Positions 27,280 through 35,972 of a stretch of DNA of 64,000 bases are shown in pieces. The translations under genes and the position numbers were made by a program. Position 1 is the first letter of the stretch. The number at the start of each line of letters is the position of its first letter. Origin of the DNA: a virus (lineage: Duplodnaviria; Caudoviricetes); the IMG/VR virus record IMGVR_UViG_3300025362_000477; one strand, written 5' to 3'. Below the pieces are notes generated by a model. That model searched no databases. It had not been told where the DNA came from and saw nothing but the letters and a program-made list of their open reading frames with translations.

Positions 27280-27366
27280 TGGAGCCGGAAGCAGGATTTG
27301 AACCTACGACTGTATGATTCCGCTATTAAGCTTGTCACATCCTCTGACCAACTGAGGTATTCCGGC
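27280..27366 (-). tRNA. Gly-like tRNA with 17-nt anticodon loop (no canonical anticodon)
   Basis: Perfect GCCGGAA/TTCCGGC acceptor, U73, CCA, normal D and T arms; loop CAAGCTTAATAGCGGAA. Confidence 0.7.
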
Positions 27367-27374
27367 AAAGACGA

Positions 27375-27396
27375 GGAACGTCACGAATGACGTTCC
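27375..27396 (-). terminator. 9-bp hairpin with TTCG loop
   Basis: GGAACGTCA-TTCG-TGACGTTCC. Confidence 0.55.
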
Positions 27397-27434
27397 CTAA
27401 AACTCTATCCTACACATGGTAGTTGAGTAAAAAA

Positions 27435-27510
27435 TGGAGCTGATGGAGGAAATCGAATCCCCGACATCGAGATTACAAATCACGCGCTCTACCTACTGAG
27501 CTACACCAGC
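27435..27510 (-). tRNA. trnT: tRNA-Thr(TGT)
   Basis: Loop TTTGTAA, G1-C72/C2-G71, CCA. Confidence 0.9.
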
Positions 27511-27574
27511 CTAATACATGATGATTACAATTTCTTATATTCACCATGGTTTTTTATTTATTCTAATTTATTTA

Positions 27575-28240
27575 TTAGATTTCAGACTTCTGAGCATCAC
27601 GATCGACGTCCATGAAATAACTTGAACACTGAGCCTGATCCTGTGACATACCTCGATAATAGGTCATATTATCAGAAACAGACTTAAATGCATTCTTGGT
27701 TCCTTTAACAGTGGCACCAAAACTAAGAGTATTGTTTGAACTAATACCCATACCCCGTGCTACAACCATAGCATCCTGATTAGCACCAAGGAATACAAAT
27801 TTCCAATTGAAATCCTTTTCTTGTACAGTAATCATTTTCTCAATCTGAGAATCCTGAGTAAATTCAGTTGATGAATTTTCTTCACCATCAGTAAGAATTA
27901 CAAAGATAACCTTTTCGGGTCGATCTTCTTCTTTCATGACTGCCAGTTTAGCACCAGTTTCATTGATTCCACGACCAACAGCATCTCGCAAAGGAGTACC
28001 GCCTCTAGGAACAAAGTTATCAGTTGATAGTTTCTCCACTTTATCCATAGACTCAAAGTCATTAAGAACTTTGTATGCCTCCACACTATCAAACTGAACA
28101 AGCGTCATAGTGCAATCACCATCAACCTTTTTCTGGTCATCAATAAAAGTATTAAATCCACCAATAGTATCCATTTTAATTGAATTCATTGAACCAGACC
28201 GATCAAGTATAAATGTAATATGTGTATAATCTTTTTTCAT
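27575..28240 (-). CDS. von Willebrand factor A domain protein
   Basis: MIDAS DRSGS, TPLRDA, ILTDGEENSS; start revised to MKKDY. Confidence 0.9.
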   Translation of the reverse strand: MKKDYTHITFILDRSGSMNSIKMDTIGGFNTFIDDQKKVDGDCTMTLVQFDSVEAYKVLNDFESMDKVEKLSTDNFVPRGGTPLRDAVGRGINETGAKLAVMKEEDRPEKVIFVILTDGEENSSTEFTQDSQIEKMITVQEKDFNWKFVFLGANQDAMVVARGMGISSNNTLSFGATVKGTKNAFKSVSDNMTYYRGMSQDQAQCSSYFMDVDRDAQKSEI

Positions 28241-28292
28241 ATATTTCCTTTTATAGTTTGAGTGGGCACAAAATGTACCCACTCATAATTAA

Positions 28293-28715
28293 TTAAGCAT
28301 TTTCAGTATCAGAAGCATCATCGACTGAAAGACCATCTTCATCCTCAAGAAGCAAAGCATCGAGTTCTTCCAATGACTTATCCTCGAGTGCATCATCAGA
28401 CTTCTTCTCCTTGATCTCAAGGATCTTCTGTTTGCGGAGTCTCTTAGCACCTGCCAACTTAACCTTCTGAGCTTCCTCAATCTTAACATCGAATACATGC
28501 TTCACAATAGCCAACTTCAACTCTAATGTCTTATCAACATTTGAATTAATAAGACTATCAACTTCAGTATCCTTCTTATTTTTGCTCAACTTAACATAAA
28601 TAGTATTAAGCTGTATTGGTCCAATATCATAAAGATCCTCAATTGCGATCTGACCATTGTAATTGAAGCGGAATTTATCGCGAAGTGCTTTTTCCAACTG
28701 TTTAGATGTAATCAT
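28293..28715 (-). CDS. conserved phage coiled-coil protein
   Basis: RF...GQIAIEDLYD...KLAIVKHVF...KSLEEL. Confidence 0.65.
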   Translation of the reverse strand: MITSKQLEKALRDKFRFNYNGQIAIEDLYDIGPIQLNTIYVKLSKNKKDTEVDSLINSNVDKTLELKLAIVKHVFDVKIEEAQKVKLAGAKRLRKQKILEIKEKKSDDALEDKSLEELDALLLEDEDGLSVDDASDTENA

Positions 28716-28752
28716 TGTATCTTCCTTTGTTTGTTTAGTGAATTTTGATCAA

Positions 28753-30783
28753 TTAGATCATAACTTTTAACATGCGAGAAGTGTGACCTTCAACCTTCAT
28801 AAGAATATGATCTCGCTTAGTTGAACTGAATCCCAAACCTGATAATTGCATATCAGTAGGTTCGACTTTCATCTTATTTCCTAATGCAGCAAATACCCGT
28901 TTATGGTCCATCAATTCCTGCTGTAAGAACTCATTGAAAAACCCGTTAGGACATTCATCGTTCACACAATCTTGCAGCATAAACATAAAATGCTTATTAC
29001 CGGTAGCATTACCATCCCAGAAATTGGGTGATAACATACATACTGTTACTGGGTTCAAACTATTAATCTTTAAATTACATACTTCTGAATAATTAACAGT
29101 TCCACCATTATCATCCATCATCTCGAGTTTACCATCAGACTTCTTTATCTTAGCGACAGTGACAAATCCAGACCGAGTACCTTCAACGATATTATAATTG
29201 AATATGTTACCATCAAATTCTATCTCTGCTCTGAACCCACTATTACCACCACGATAAGAATATACATCAACCCCGAATTCATAAATACCATTAGGCATTT
29301 TATCAAGATCAGTATATATAATATTCTCAACTGCAATTCCGCGAGGATTCACAATATCAACATCCAACATACCACTTGATGGTTGTCTACAAGCCTTTAT
29401 AGGATAAGATATACGATTCTTTGGCTCAATTGAATGGGCATCAAAGTCGTTCTTATTGTCATCATTCTCATTCCATTGAATACTAAAACGGAGAACTCCA
29501 TTAGTGTTACCACCAGCAGCTTTAACTCGTTCCTTCATAGAATCAGTGATATTACCAGAATATGCCCATGAGAAGTTATTACCCCACTTGAACATTGGTT
29601 TACTATCAGCATGAGCTGGAGCAATTAAGGATACAATATTAGCACGATGACGATTCTCCAACAAGATTTCCATCTTAGTCAGTGAAGGCAATACATCAGC
29701 TATAAACTTATCAATTGATATTTCAGTAGCACGAGTAAACTGTTTTACATTAGTTGGGATACTACCTCCGAGTTCTTCAAAGATATCATCACCACTCATA
29801 CGTTTAGTAGAAGTCCTATCTGCGAATAGAACATTATTAACCGTAATATCATCAATTGTCGCAAACCGTCTACGAAGAGATCTTGTGAATCCCAACCGCT
29901 CAACCGTATCTTTTGCATCAGACAACATCTTCTGAGTGAATACCGGTTTTGGTCGTTTATAATTTGTGGGTGCAACCATTGATTCATATTTACTAATAGC
30001 AACATCAAGATCCATACCTTCGGTGATATTAGTAAGACATACTCCAATTGGATTATTTCTTATTTTACTTACTGCTCCTGAATCTCCAGATTTGAGCCAG
30101 CAGAAGTTATCCTGTGACGGACCAACTGCAATTTGAGCATATTGTTTCTGGAGTTTCTGGAAGCTTTCCAGTAAACCCTTCCATTCAACACCTTTATAGA
30201 TAGAGTCGCTATTGATCAAGTCTAATACCATATCAACTGAATCCAATGAGATAGTTTCGAGTGATCTTTTCAATACATCCTTGCAACTTCTATCTTTATC
30301 CATGAGAGTTTCACATGAAACAATACGATTTTTATTCTGATAAGCTACTGGGATCTTAGCATACATATGATTCCATCGACGAACGGATCCATCAGGTTTC
30401 TGACCCATGTTATGATCCACACCAGCACAAGTCAAATTAGTAATGAATCGATTGGTGACAACATGGGATTTAACGAAGTCTGAAAGGGCCTTGAACACAG
30501 GACCGTAAACATCATCGTCAAACATACAATCCCATACACTGATAAGAGTATTACTATTCTTGATGATAACAACATTTCCAATAGCTCGAACAAACTGCTT
30601 ACAATGCTGACAATCATGCTCTCGTCGTTCCTGATATATCTCATTAGTTCCGATTGGGAAACTGTCAAGATATATGTCCCACATAACATCTTTATCAAAT
30701 GTGACAGTAAAGAGTGTATCACATTTTTTAAACATTTCGTTTACATGTGATTCTAATATAGGTTTCATTTGATTAAACGTCAT
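28753..30783 (-). CDS. large conserved phage protein with HDCxHC motif and YfaP/DUF2135-like segment
   Basis: REHDCQHCKQF; LRFSIQW...DFDAH..EP...LDVD...AVENI. Confidence 0.6.
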   Translation of the reverse strand: MTFNQMKPILESHVNEMFKKCDTLFTVTFDKDVMWDIYLDSFPIGTNEIYQERREHDCQHCKQFVRAIGNVVIIKNSNTLISVWDCMFDDDVYGPVFKALSDFVKSHVVTNRFITNLTCAGVDHNMGQKPDGSVRRWNHMYAKIPVAYQNKNRIVSCETLMDKDRSCKDVLKRSLETISLDSVDMVLDLINSDSIYKGVEWKGLLESFQKLQKQYAQIAVGPSQDNFCWLKSGDSGAVSKIRNNPIGVCLTNITEGMDLDVAISKYESMVAPTNYKRPKPVFTQKMLSDAKDTVERLGFTRSLRRRFATIDDITVNNVLFADRTSTKRMSGDDIFEELGGSIPTNVKQFTRATEISIDKFIADVLPSLTKMEILLENRHRANIVSLIAPAHADSKPMFKWGNNFSWAYSGNITDSMKERVKAAGGNTNGVLRFSIQWNENDDNKNDFDAHSIEPKNRISYPIKACRQPSSGMLDVDIVNPRGIAVENIIYTDLDKMPNGIYEFGVDVYSYRGGNSGFRAEIEFDGNIFNYNIVEGTRSGFVTVAKIKKSDGKLEMMDDNGGTVNYSEVCNLKINSLNPVTVCMLSPNFWDGNATGNKHFMFMLQDCVNDECPNGFFNEFLQQELMDHKRVFAALGNKMKVEPTDMQLSGLGFSSTKRDHILMKVEGHTSRMLKVMI

Positions 30784-30819
30784 CTTTCTATTCCTTTAAT
30801 TAGATGATTTGTTTGTGTT

Positions 30820-31389
30820 CTATTTGCATTCTTCGAATATTTGAAATTTATACTTATCTGTATGATACATCTTATAGCATTTTAATTGATTAGCTACTCT
30901 TTCCCCTTTAGTCCATTTAAGAGCTTCTAATAAAGATCTATAATCATGTAATGCTTCTGATCGTTTAATATATTGCTTTCCATCATACAATTCTCCAAAC
31001 GAACATCCATTTTTATGTGATAGATGTGACAAAACTTTCTCAGCATGAAAAATCATATAAAATTTAGGATATAACATTTCAGGAACCATTTCCGGTTTAA
31101 TATAAACACGAAATGAATAATAAGACTTCATATAAGTCGGTGTTGAATCACATAGTTTAACTTCATCAATGAAATCAAATTGTGATTTCATTTTCTTTGC
31201 ATGTATCTCCATCGTTTTTCTAGATAAAACACGGGAGTGAGTGAACGGTAGTTTACGAGATTTCTCCAATACGCTATAAAATTTAATACTTACTCTTTTA
31301 TTACTTTCAGTATACATCCTACACCATATCAACCCTCGATCACTTAAAAATTCCTTTAATTGGTTTCTGTATTCAACAATTTTTTCCAT
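30820..31389 (-). CDS. hypothetical protein
   Basis: ORF track. Confidence 0.55.
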   Translation of the reverse strand: MEKIVEYRNQLKEFLSDRGLIWCRMYTESNKRVSIKFYSVLEKSRKLPFTHSRVLSRKTMEIHAKKMKSQFDFIDEVKLCDSTPTYMKSYYSFRVYIKPEMVPEMLYPKFYMIFHAEKVLSHLSHKNGCSFGELYDGKQYIKRSEALHDYRSLLEALKWTKGERVANQLKCYKMYHTDKYKFQIFEECK

Positions 31390-31414
31390 CTTATTGTCCT
31401 ACATGAAATGATAG

Positions 31415-31491
31415 TGGCGCGACCTGCGGGATTCGAACCCGCGACGATTGCATCGACAGTGCAGCATTCTACCAGACTGAATTAAGATCGC
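31415..31491 (-). tRNA. trnD: tRNA-Asp(GTC)
   Basis: Loop CTGTCGA, G73, CCA. Confidence 0.95.
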
Positions 31492-31799
31492 TTTTTTGAA
31501 TTTGCTTTTATTACTTTTTGATACATATTCCATACATTGAGTTTCTCATCATATACTTCAGCAAAAGTTTCTGCATACCCTTTATCAATCCATATTTTAA
31601 ACGACTCATCCCATGATAAATCTTCATGACGTTCATATCTCAATTTTTCAACACATTTCAATTGAATGATAGTTCTGTGAGAATTATTCGGTCCACATAA
31701 AAATTCGATCAATGTACAATATTTGTTATCTCTATGGCAATCACAATCAGAACATACATCATATAAAAATGCCTTAAACTCTTTTTTTGTCATATACAT
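31482..31799 (-). CDS. hypothetical Cys-rich protein; stop codon lies inside tRNA-Asp 5' end
   Basis: ORF track; start revised to MYMTKK (AAGGA RBS). Confidence 0.6.
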   Translation of the reverse strand: MYMTKKEFKAFLYDVCSDCDCHRDNKYCTLIEFLCGPNNSHRTIIQLKCVEKLRYERHEDLSWDESFKIWIDKGYAETFAEVYDEKLNVWNMYQKVIKANSKKRS

Positions 31800-31818
31800 A
31801 ATCCTTATTTGACTTAAA

Positions 31819-31895
31819 TGGTCGGTGAGGTGGGATTTGAACCCACGATTTTCTGCTCCCAAAGCAGATGGAATCCCAGACTTTCCTACACACCG
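31819..31895 (-). tRNA. trnP: tRNA-Pro(TGG)
   Basis: C1-G72, loop TTTGGGA, CCA. Confidence 0.95.
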
Positions 31896-32042
31896 TTAAA
31901 ACGAATCCCGCTTTAAAATTAAAACGGGATCTAATGCCAACACCACACATGGTAGTGAGGACGTAAAAATGGAGGTTACCCAGACGGCAACCTCAGCTCC
32001 TTCAAGTCTGACATCAGTTAAGAATGCTCAATGAGTTAAAAA

Positions 32043-32071
32043 TGGCACCTCGACGGAGAGTTGAACTCCGG
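32043..32071 (-). pseudogene. isolated tRNA 3' half (T arm + acceptor strand + GCCA), Glu-like
   Basis: CGGAG-TTCAACT-CTCCG-TCGAGGT-G-CCA with no matching 5' half upstream. Confidence 0.7.
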
Positions 32072-32116
32072 TCAGGTTATCTTGATTTAATTCTGAATAA
32101 AATAAAAGGAATCATT

Positions 32117-33043
32117 ATGAATGATATAACCAAACATAAAATTTCAGAACGTGTTAAAACTTCTCCCTATTTTATTCAATTAAAAATACAAAAGATTGAA
32201 TGTGAAAAAATATACTATCAACATCCAAAAATATGCCCAGAATGTAATGGAATTTTGAAATTTGAAAAACGTAAAAATAAATTCTGTAGTTCAAAATGTG
32301 CAGGAGGATATAATACCAGAGGCAGAATCCATTCTGAACAAACTAAAATGAAAATTTCTAAATCTAATAAAGGAAATATACCATGGAATCTAAATGCAGA
32401 TTCTAGAATTGATATAGAATGCCCTATATGCCATACATACTTTAAAACATTCAAAACACATCCAGGGATTTTCTGTTCTCGCAAATGTTTATATATCGAT
32501 CAAAAGAATGGATATAACTTTGCTAAAAATCCACATTCTGGCGGATATAGAAGAGGATCTGGGCGAGGAAAATCGGGATGGTACAAAGGATATTGGTGTG
32601 ATAGTAGCTATGAATTGGCATATGTTATATTCAATTTAGAACACAAAATCTCATTCATCAGAAATTCAGAATCATTTTCTTATCAATTCGAAAATCAAAC
32701 ACTCAAATATTATCCAGATTTTATTCAAAATTCAATCTATATAGAAACTAAAGGTTTCTTGACTGATAAAGATCAAGCTAAATTTAAATATTTTCCTAAA
32801 AATAAACAATTGATTTTAATTACAGGTAATGATATCAATAAATATTTAGATTATTCAATTGCTAAATATGGTACTGATTTCATAAAATTATATGAAGGGA
32901 ACCCCCACAACAAAAGAAATAATAAATGTTTAATATGCGGAAAACCTGCCATCATAAAATATTGTAGTCGAAGATGTGCAGGCATTTCTCGTAATATAAG
33001 AGTGTATCCCGACGGGGTCTCGAACCCCGAGTCTCAGCAGTGA
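32117..33043 (+). CDS. putative homing endonuclease (zinc ribbons, NUMOD3, PD-(D/E)XK)
   Basis: HSEQTKMKISKS; CDSSYE...YYPDF...IETKG; AAAGGA RBS before ATG 32117; opposite strand to neighbours. Confidence 0.8.
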   Translation: MNDITKHKISERVKTSPYFIQLKIQKIECEKIYYQHPKICPECNGILKFEKRKNKFCSSKCAGGYNTRGRIHSEQTKMKISKSNKGNIPWNLNADSRIDIECPICHTYFKTFKTHPGIFCSRKCLYIDQKNGYNFAKNPHSGGYRRGSGRGKSGWYKGYWCDSSYELAYVIFNLEHKISFIRNSESFSYQFENQTLKYYPDFIQNSIYIETKGFLTDKDQAKFKYFPKNKQLILITGNDINKYLDYSIAKYGTDFIKLYEGNPHNKRNNKCLICGKPAIIKYCSRRCAGISRNIRVYPDGVSNPESQQ

Positions 33044-33078
33044 AAGTGCTGTGAGTTAACCAGTTCCTCTACCGGGAC
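33005..33078 (-). tRNA. trnE: tRNA-Glu(TTC), no encoded CCA
   Basis: Loop CTTTCAC, cloverleaf; followed by CAC. Confidence 0.9.
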
Positions 33079-33200
33079 ATATCTTTCTCAAATTCTTTTA
33101 ATTTAGCTTCTTCTTTAGAGGTGAAACGTTTCTGCCAACCTCTTTTATGAGGTTTACATAATCCGCAACATTTCTTCTTATTTTTATATCTCTTTCTCAT
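33069..33200 (-). CDS. 43-aa basic protein (CCGLCKPHK); stop codon lies inside tRNA-Glu 5' end
   Basis: Hand-translated MRKRYKNKKKCCGLCKPHKRGWQKRF...DMSR*. Confidence 0.55.
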   Translation of the reverse strand: MRKRYKNKKKCCGLCKPHKRGWQKRFTSKEEAKLKEFEKDMSR

Positions 33201-33216
33201 TACTTTTTATTCTTTT

Positions 33217-33480
33217 TTAAAATGTTGTCGTTCTTATTTTTTCAAAGTCCACCTTATTATCAAAATGAATACGTTGAAGAACTGTCTTGTTATAATCTTT
33301 ATGTGGTTTTAAACATAACCAATATTGTTTCTCATTAGTTGCATAATCACATCCATCATAGATTACACCAAGACGTCAAGGCATCTGAATTCTAATACAT
33401 CTACAACATTCACAACATCGTTGTACTTTTCCTAATCTGGCTGTTACACCAAGATTTTTAAGAAGTTTTTTTGCTGTCAT
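33217..33480 (-). pseudogene. Cys-rich 87-codon frame with one internal TGA (33376-33378)
   Basis: Hand-translated; frame continues 52 codons past the TGA. Confidence 0.4.
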
Positions 33481-33665
33481 CCATCTATCCATTTTTCATC
33501 CAACCAATAATTGAAAAGATCCTTACTGATATTTCTTTGTTGTATTATCACATGTTCTAACCATCTCCATTCACCATTGATATTACGAGGAAATAATAAA
33601 AATACTGCTATTCTTCTAATATCACCATAATTCTCAGGTTTGAATTCAGTCATTGTCCATCGCAT
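33477..33665 (-). CDS. small phage hypothetical protein (FLLFP..I.GEWRWLE)
   Basis: ORF track. Confidence 0.55.
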   Translation of the reverse strand: MRWTMTEFKPENYGDIRRIAVFLLFPRNINGEWRWLEHVIIQQRNISKDLFNYWLDEKWIDG

Positions 33666-33693
33666 TTGATATACTCCTTTTTAAATTCAGCCA

Positions 33694-34107
33694 TCATTCC
33701 ATCCAGCTGGCATTGATAAGCTTTTTTAATAACAGCACTGTTTCATAAATTTTATTATCCAATTCTGATACAGTCATATCCATAACAGATGGTGCTGATA
33801 TTACCAAATTTGAATAACCGAATAAATAGTTAGGTGCATATATTACACCTTTAACAGTGACATCTTTATATGGAGGTTCAATTCCATATTTTTGGAATTC
33901 AATTATCAGCAATTTCTTAATTTCATTCAAATCCTTTTCAGGAGTTGATATTGAACAATCATCATCTGATGTTGTAAAACTATTCCATTGAGAATTACAA
34001 TCCTGGCATTCTAATGTACTATTTGGTTTTATCGTTCTGTTCCAGTGATTACACTCAGGACAGACCCAGTCCCATTCCTCCACTCTACTCAAATTTGGTG
34101 TTAACAT
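33694..34107 (-). CDS. zinc-ribbon protein
   Basis: CPECNH...CQDC. Confidence 0.55.
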   Translation of the reverse strand: MLTPNLSRVEEWDWVCPECNHWNRTIKPNSTLECQDCNSQWNSFTTSDDDCSISTPEKDLNEIKKLLIIEFQKYGIEPPYKDVTVKGVIYAPNYLFGYSNLVISAPSVMDMTVSELDNKIYETVLLLKKLINASWME

Positions 34108-34815
34108 CTATAACTCCAATACATGTTTCTTACCATCAAGATATTGCTGATTGATAGCTTTGTTTTGTAAAACAAACCGGTCAGCTTCACCTGGTTCATC
34201 ACCAAGTGTTGAGAAGTACTCTTTTCGGATTCTTTCCTTATCGAGCATTTTTGTCTCAAGTATGTTCCATGGGATTAAACCACCCCACACATCCCATCCA
34301 CAATCACATGATAAGACCCAAGGAATCTCTTCCCGTCTACCATGACAATGCCCATAGAAATGCCAGCTACCATGACATGAAGAGAACCATGTAGCATAAG
34401 GACAATGAGCAAACATCACCCTGCGACCATGTATCTTAGTATAGTAACTATATTGATAATGAGCACCATCAATTTTTTGAAACAGCCTGAACGCTTCCTG
34501 GTTCATCTTATCATGATTCCCTCGAATAAGAAATTTCTTACCTGCTAATCTCTGGATGTAATGAGCATGATTCTTCCATGCAAGATCCCCTAGAATCCAA
34601 ATTCGATCATTTCGAGTAACAGTACTATTCCATTTATTTATTATGTATTCATCATGTGCTTCCAAATTAACCTTTACTGGCCAATTCTTTTTCATATGCT
34701 TGGGCTTAGACGGATCAAAATCTGGATTCTCATATATAAATTCGGATCGATTACAATGCAAAACTACACCATAATGATTAATATGGGTATCTGCCACTAC
34801 GAATGTTTCACTCAT
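34108..34815 (-). CDS. calcineurin-like metallophosphoesterase
   Basis: ADTH, LGD, GNHD, H, GHCH motifs. Confidence 0.9.
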   Translation of the reverse strand: MSETFVVADTHINHYGVVLHCNRSEFIYENPDFDPSKPKHMKKNWPVKVNLEAHDEYIINKWNSTVTRNDRIWILGDLAWKNHAHYIQRLAGKKFLIRGNHDKMNQEAFRLFQKIDGAHYQYSYYTKIHGRRVMFAHCPYATWFSSCHGSWHFYGHCHGRREEIPWVLSCDCGWDVWGGLIPWNILETKMLDKERIRKEYFSTLGDEPGEADRFVLQNKAINQQYLDGKKHVLEL

Positions 34816-35126
34816 GGATATGTTTATCTCCTTTCAAGAATTTTTCTATCATTACAAGAATATCAGAAATCCATGAACAATTAGCAATCACAACGACAAC
34901 ACCAATCAATAAACCTCCACCAACAATCGAATATAATTTAATCTCTTCAATAGTAATCATTACTTTTTCCTTTTATTTTTTAATCCTCTAATATGATCTA
35001 TCAGTTTAAGGACTAACTTTAATATAATTACGAATAGAATAAGAATAACACATCCAACAAATATCCATACTAAAGTCATTGGTTCTACACATAGATAATT
35101 TAACATTTATAAGTTCCTTTTAAAAA

Positions 35127-35201
35127 TGGTAGCGGGAATGGGAGTCGAACCCATCACGACGAGGTTATGAATCTCGCGATCTACCGATGATCTATCCCGC
35201 A
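35127..35201 (-). tRNA. initiator-like tRNA-fMet(CAT)
   Basis: 1:72 mismatch, A11-U24, loop TTCATAA, CCA; lacks the three consecutive G-C anticodon-stem pairs. Confidence 0.8.
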
Positions 35202-35212
35202 ATATTTATTAT

Positions 35213-35446
35213 TTATTCTTTAGTGATTTCATATTGTTCTGTCATGTCAATTCTTAGTGGACATATGTTAAATGTCCATATCCACCCAACAACAAGTAAA
35301 ATTGTAATAACAATAACAACCAACCAATGTGACCAATGTAAACCACACCAACAATAATAAAACCATACGTTTGCGATAAATAACACACTAACGAATAAGA
35401 CTATTACTAATATGACCAGCCACCCCAATACCATTAATCCTGTCAT
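35213..35446 (-). CDS. small two-TM membrane protein
   Basis: Two hydrophobic stretches in ORF track. Confidence 0.5.
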   Translation of the reverse strand: MTGLMVLGWLVILVIVLFVSVLFIANVWFYYCWCGLHWSHWLVVIVITILLVVGWIWTFNICPLRIDMTEQYEITKE

Positions 35447-35838
35447 TTGGCATACTCCCATTTGTCTTTCAACTCGATAGTAAAATTTTCCATATGATGT
35501 GTACGATATATCAATCTCATATTATCATCATATAATATAGAGTTTCCACCATCTATCACACACTCAAAAGCAGTTGCATATATAAACTGTTTGCATTTTC
35601 TCCCAACTATATACAATTCTTCATCACCATCCAAGATGACAAAATCAGTTCCTTCGAGTTTTTTATAATCTAATTTTACTATATGTGAGGTACTCCACTT
35701 CCTATACAATCCATCCAATGTATCTTGCGGAACATTATCATAGATTGCATCAAATAAATTATCAGCAATAACTTTCTCACAATCTGCCAGATTGCGAAAG
35801 AATTCAATATGAAAAACTATGAATTCTTCAGTATTCAT
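35443..35838 (-). CDS. hypothetical protein
   Basis: ORF track, GGAG RBS. Confidence 0.55.
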   Translation of the reverse strand: MNTEEFIVFHIEFFRNLADCEKVIADNLFDAIYDNVPQDTLDGLYRKWSTSHIVKLDYKKLEGTDFVILDGDEELYIVGRKCKQFIYATAFECVIDGGNSILYDDNMRLIYRTHHMENFTIELKDKWEYAK

Positions 35839-35888
35839 TTATCAACTCCAATATTTTTAATTTATGAAAATCTTCTACTCGATCAAAG

Positions 35889-35965
35889 TGGTGATGCCCC
35901 CGTCAGAATCGAACTGATCATAGCCACAGTCAAAGTGTGGTGCACTACCGTTGTGCTAGAGGGCA
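35889..35965 (-). tRNA. trnQ: tRNA-Gln(TTG)
   Basis: U1-A72, loop CTTTGAC; CCA displaced by 2 nt (..GCA-T-CA-CCA). Confidence 0.85.
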
Positions 35966-35972
35966 TTATAAT

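Noticed and set aside
28289-28498. Arg/Ser-rich protamine-like ORF
   Set aside because: Alternative frame entirely inside the better-supported 28293-28715 gene
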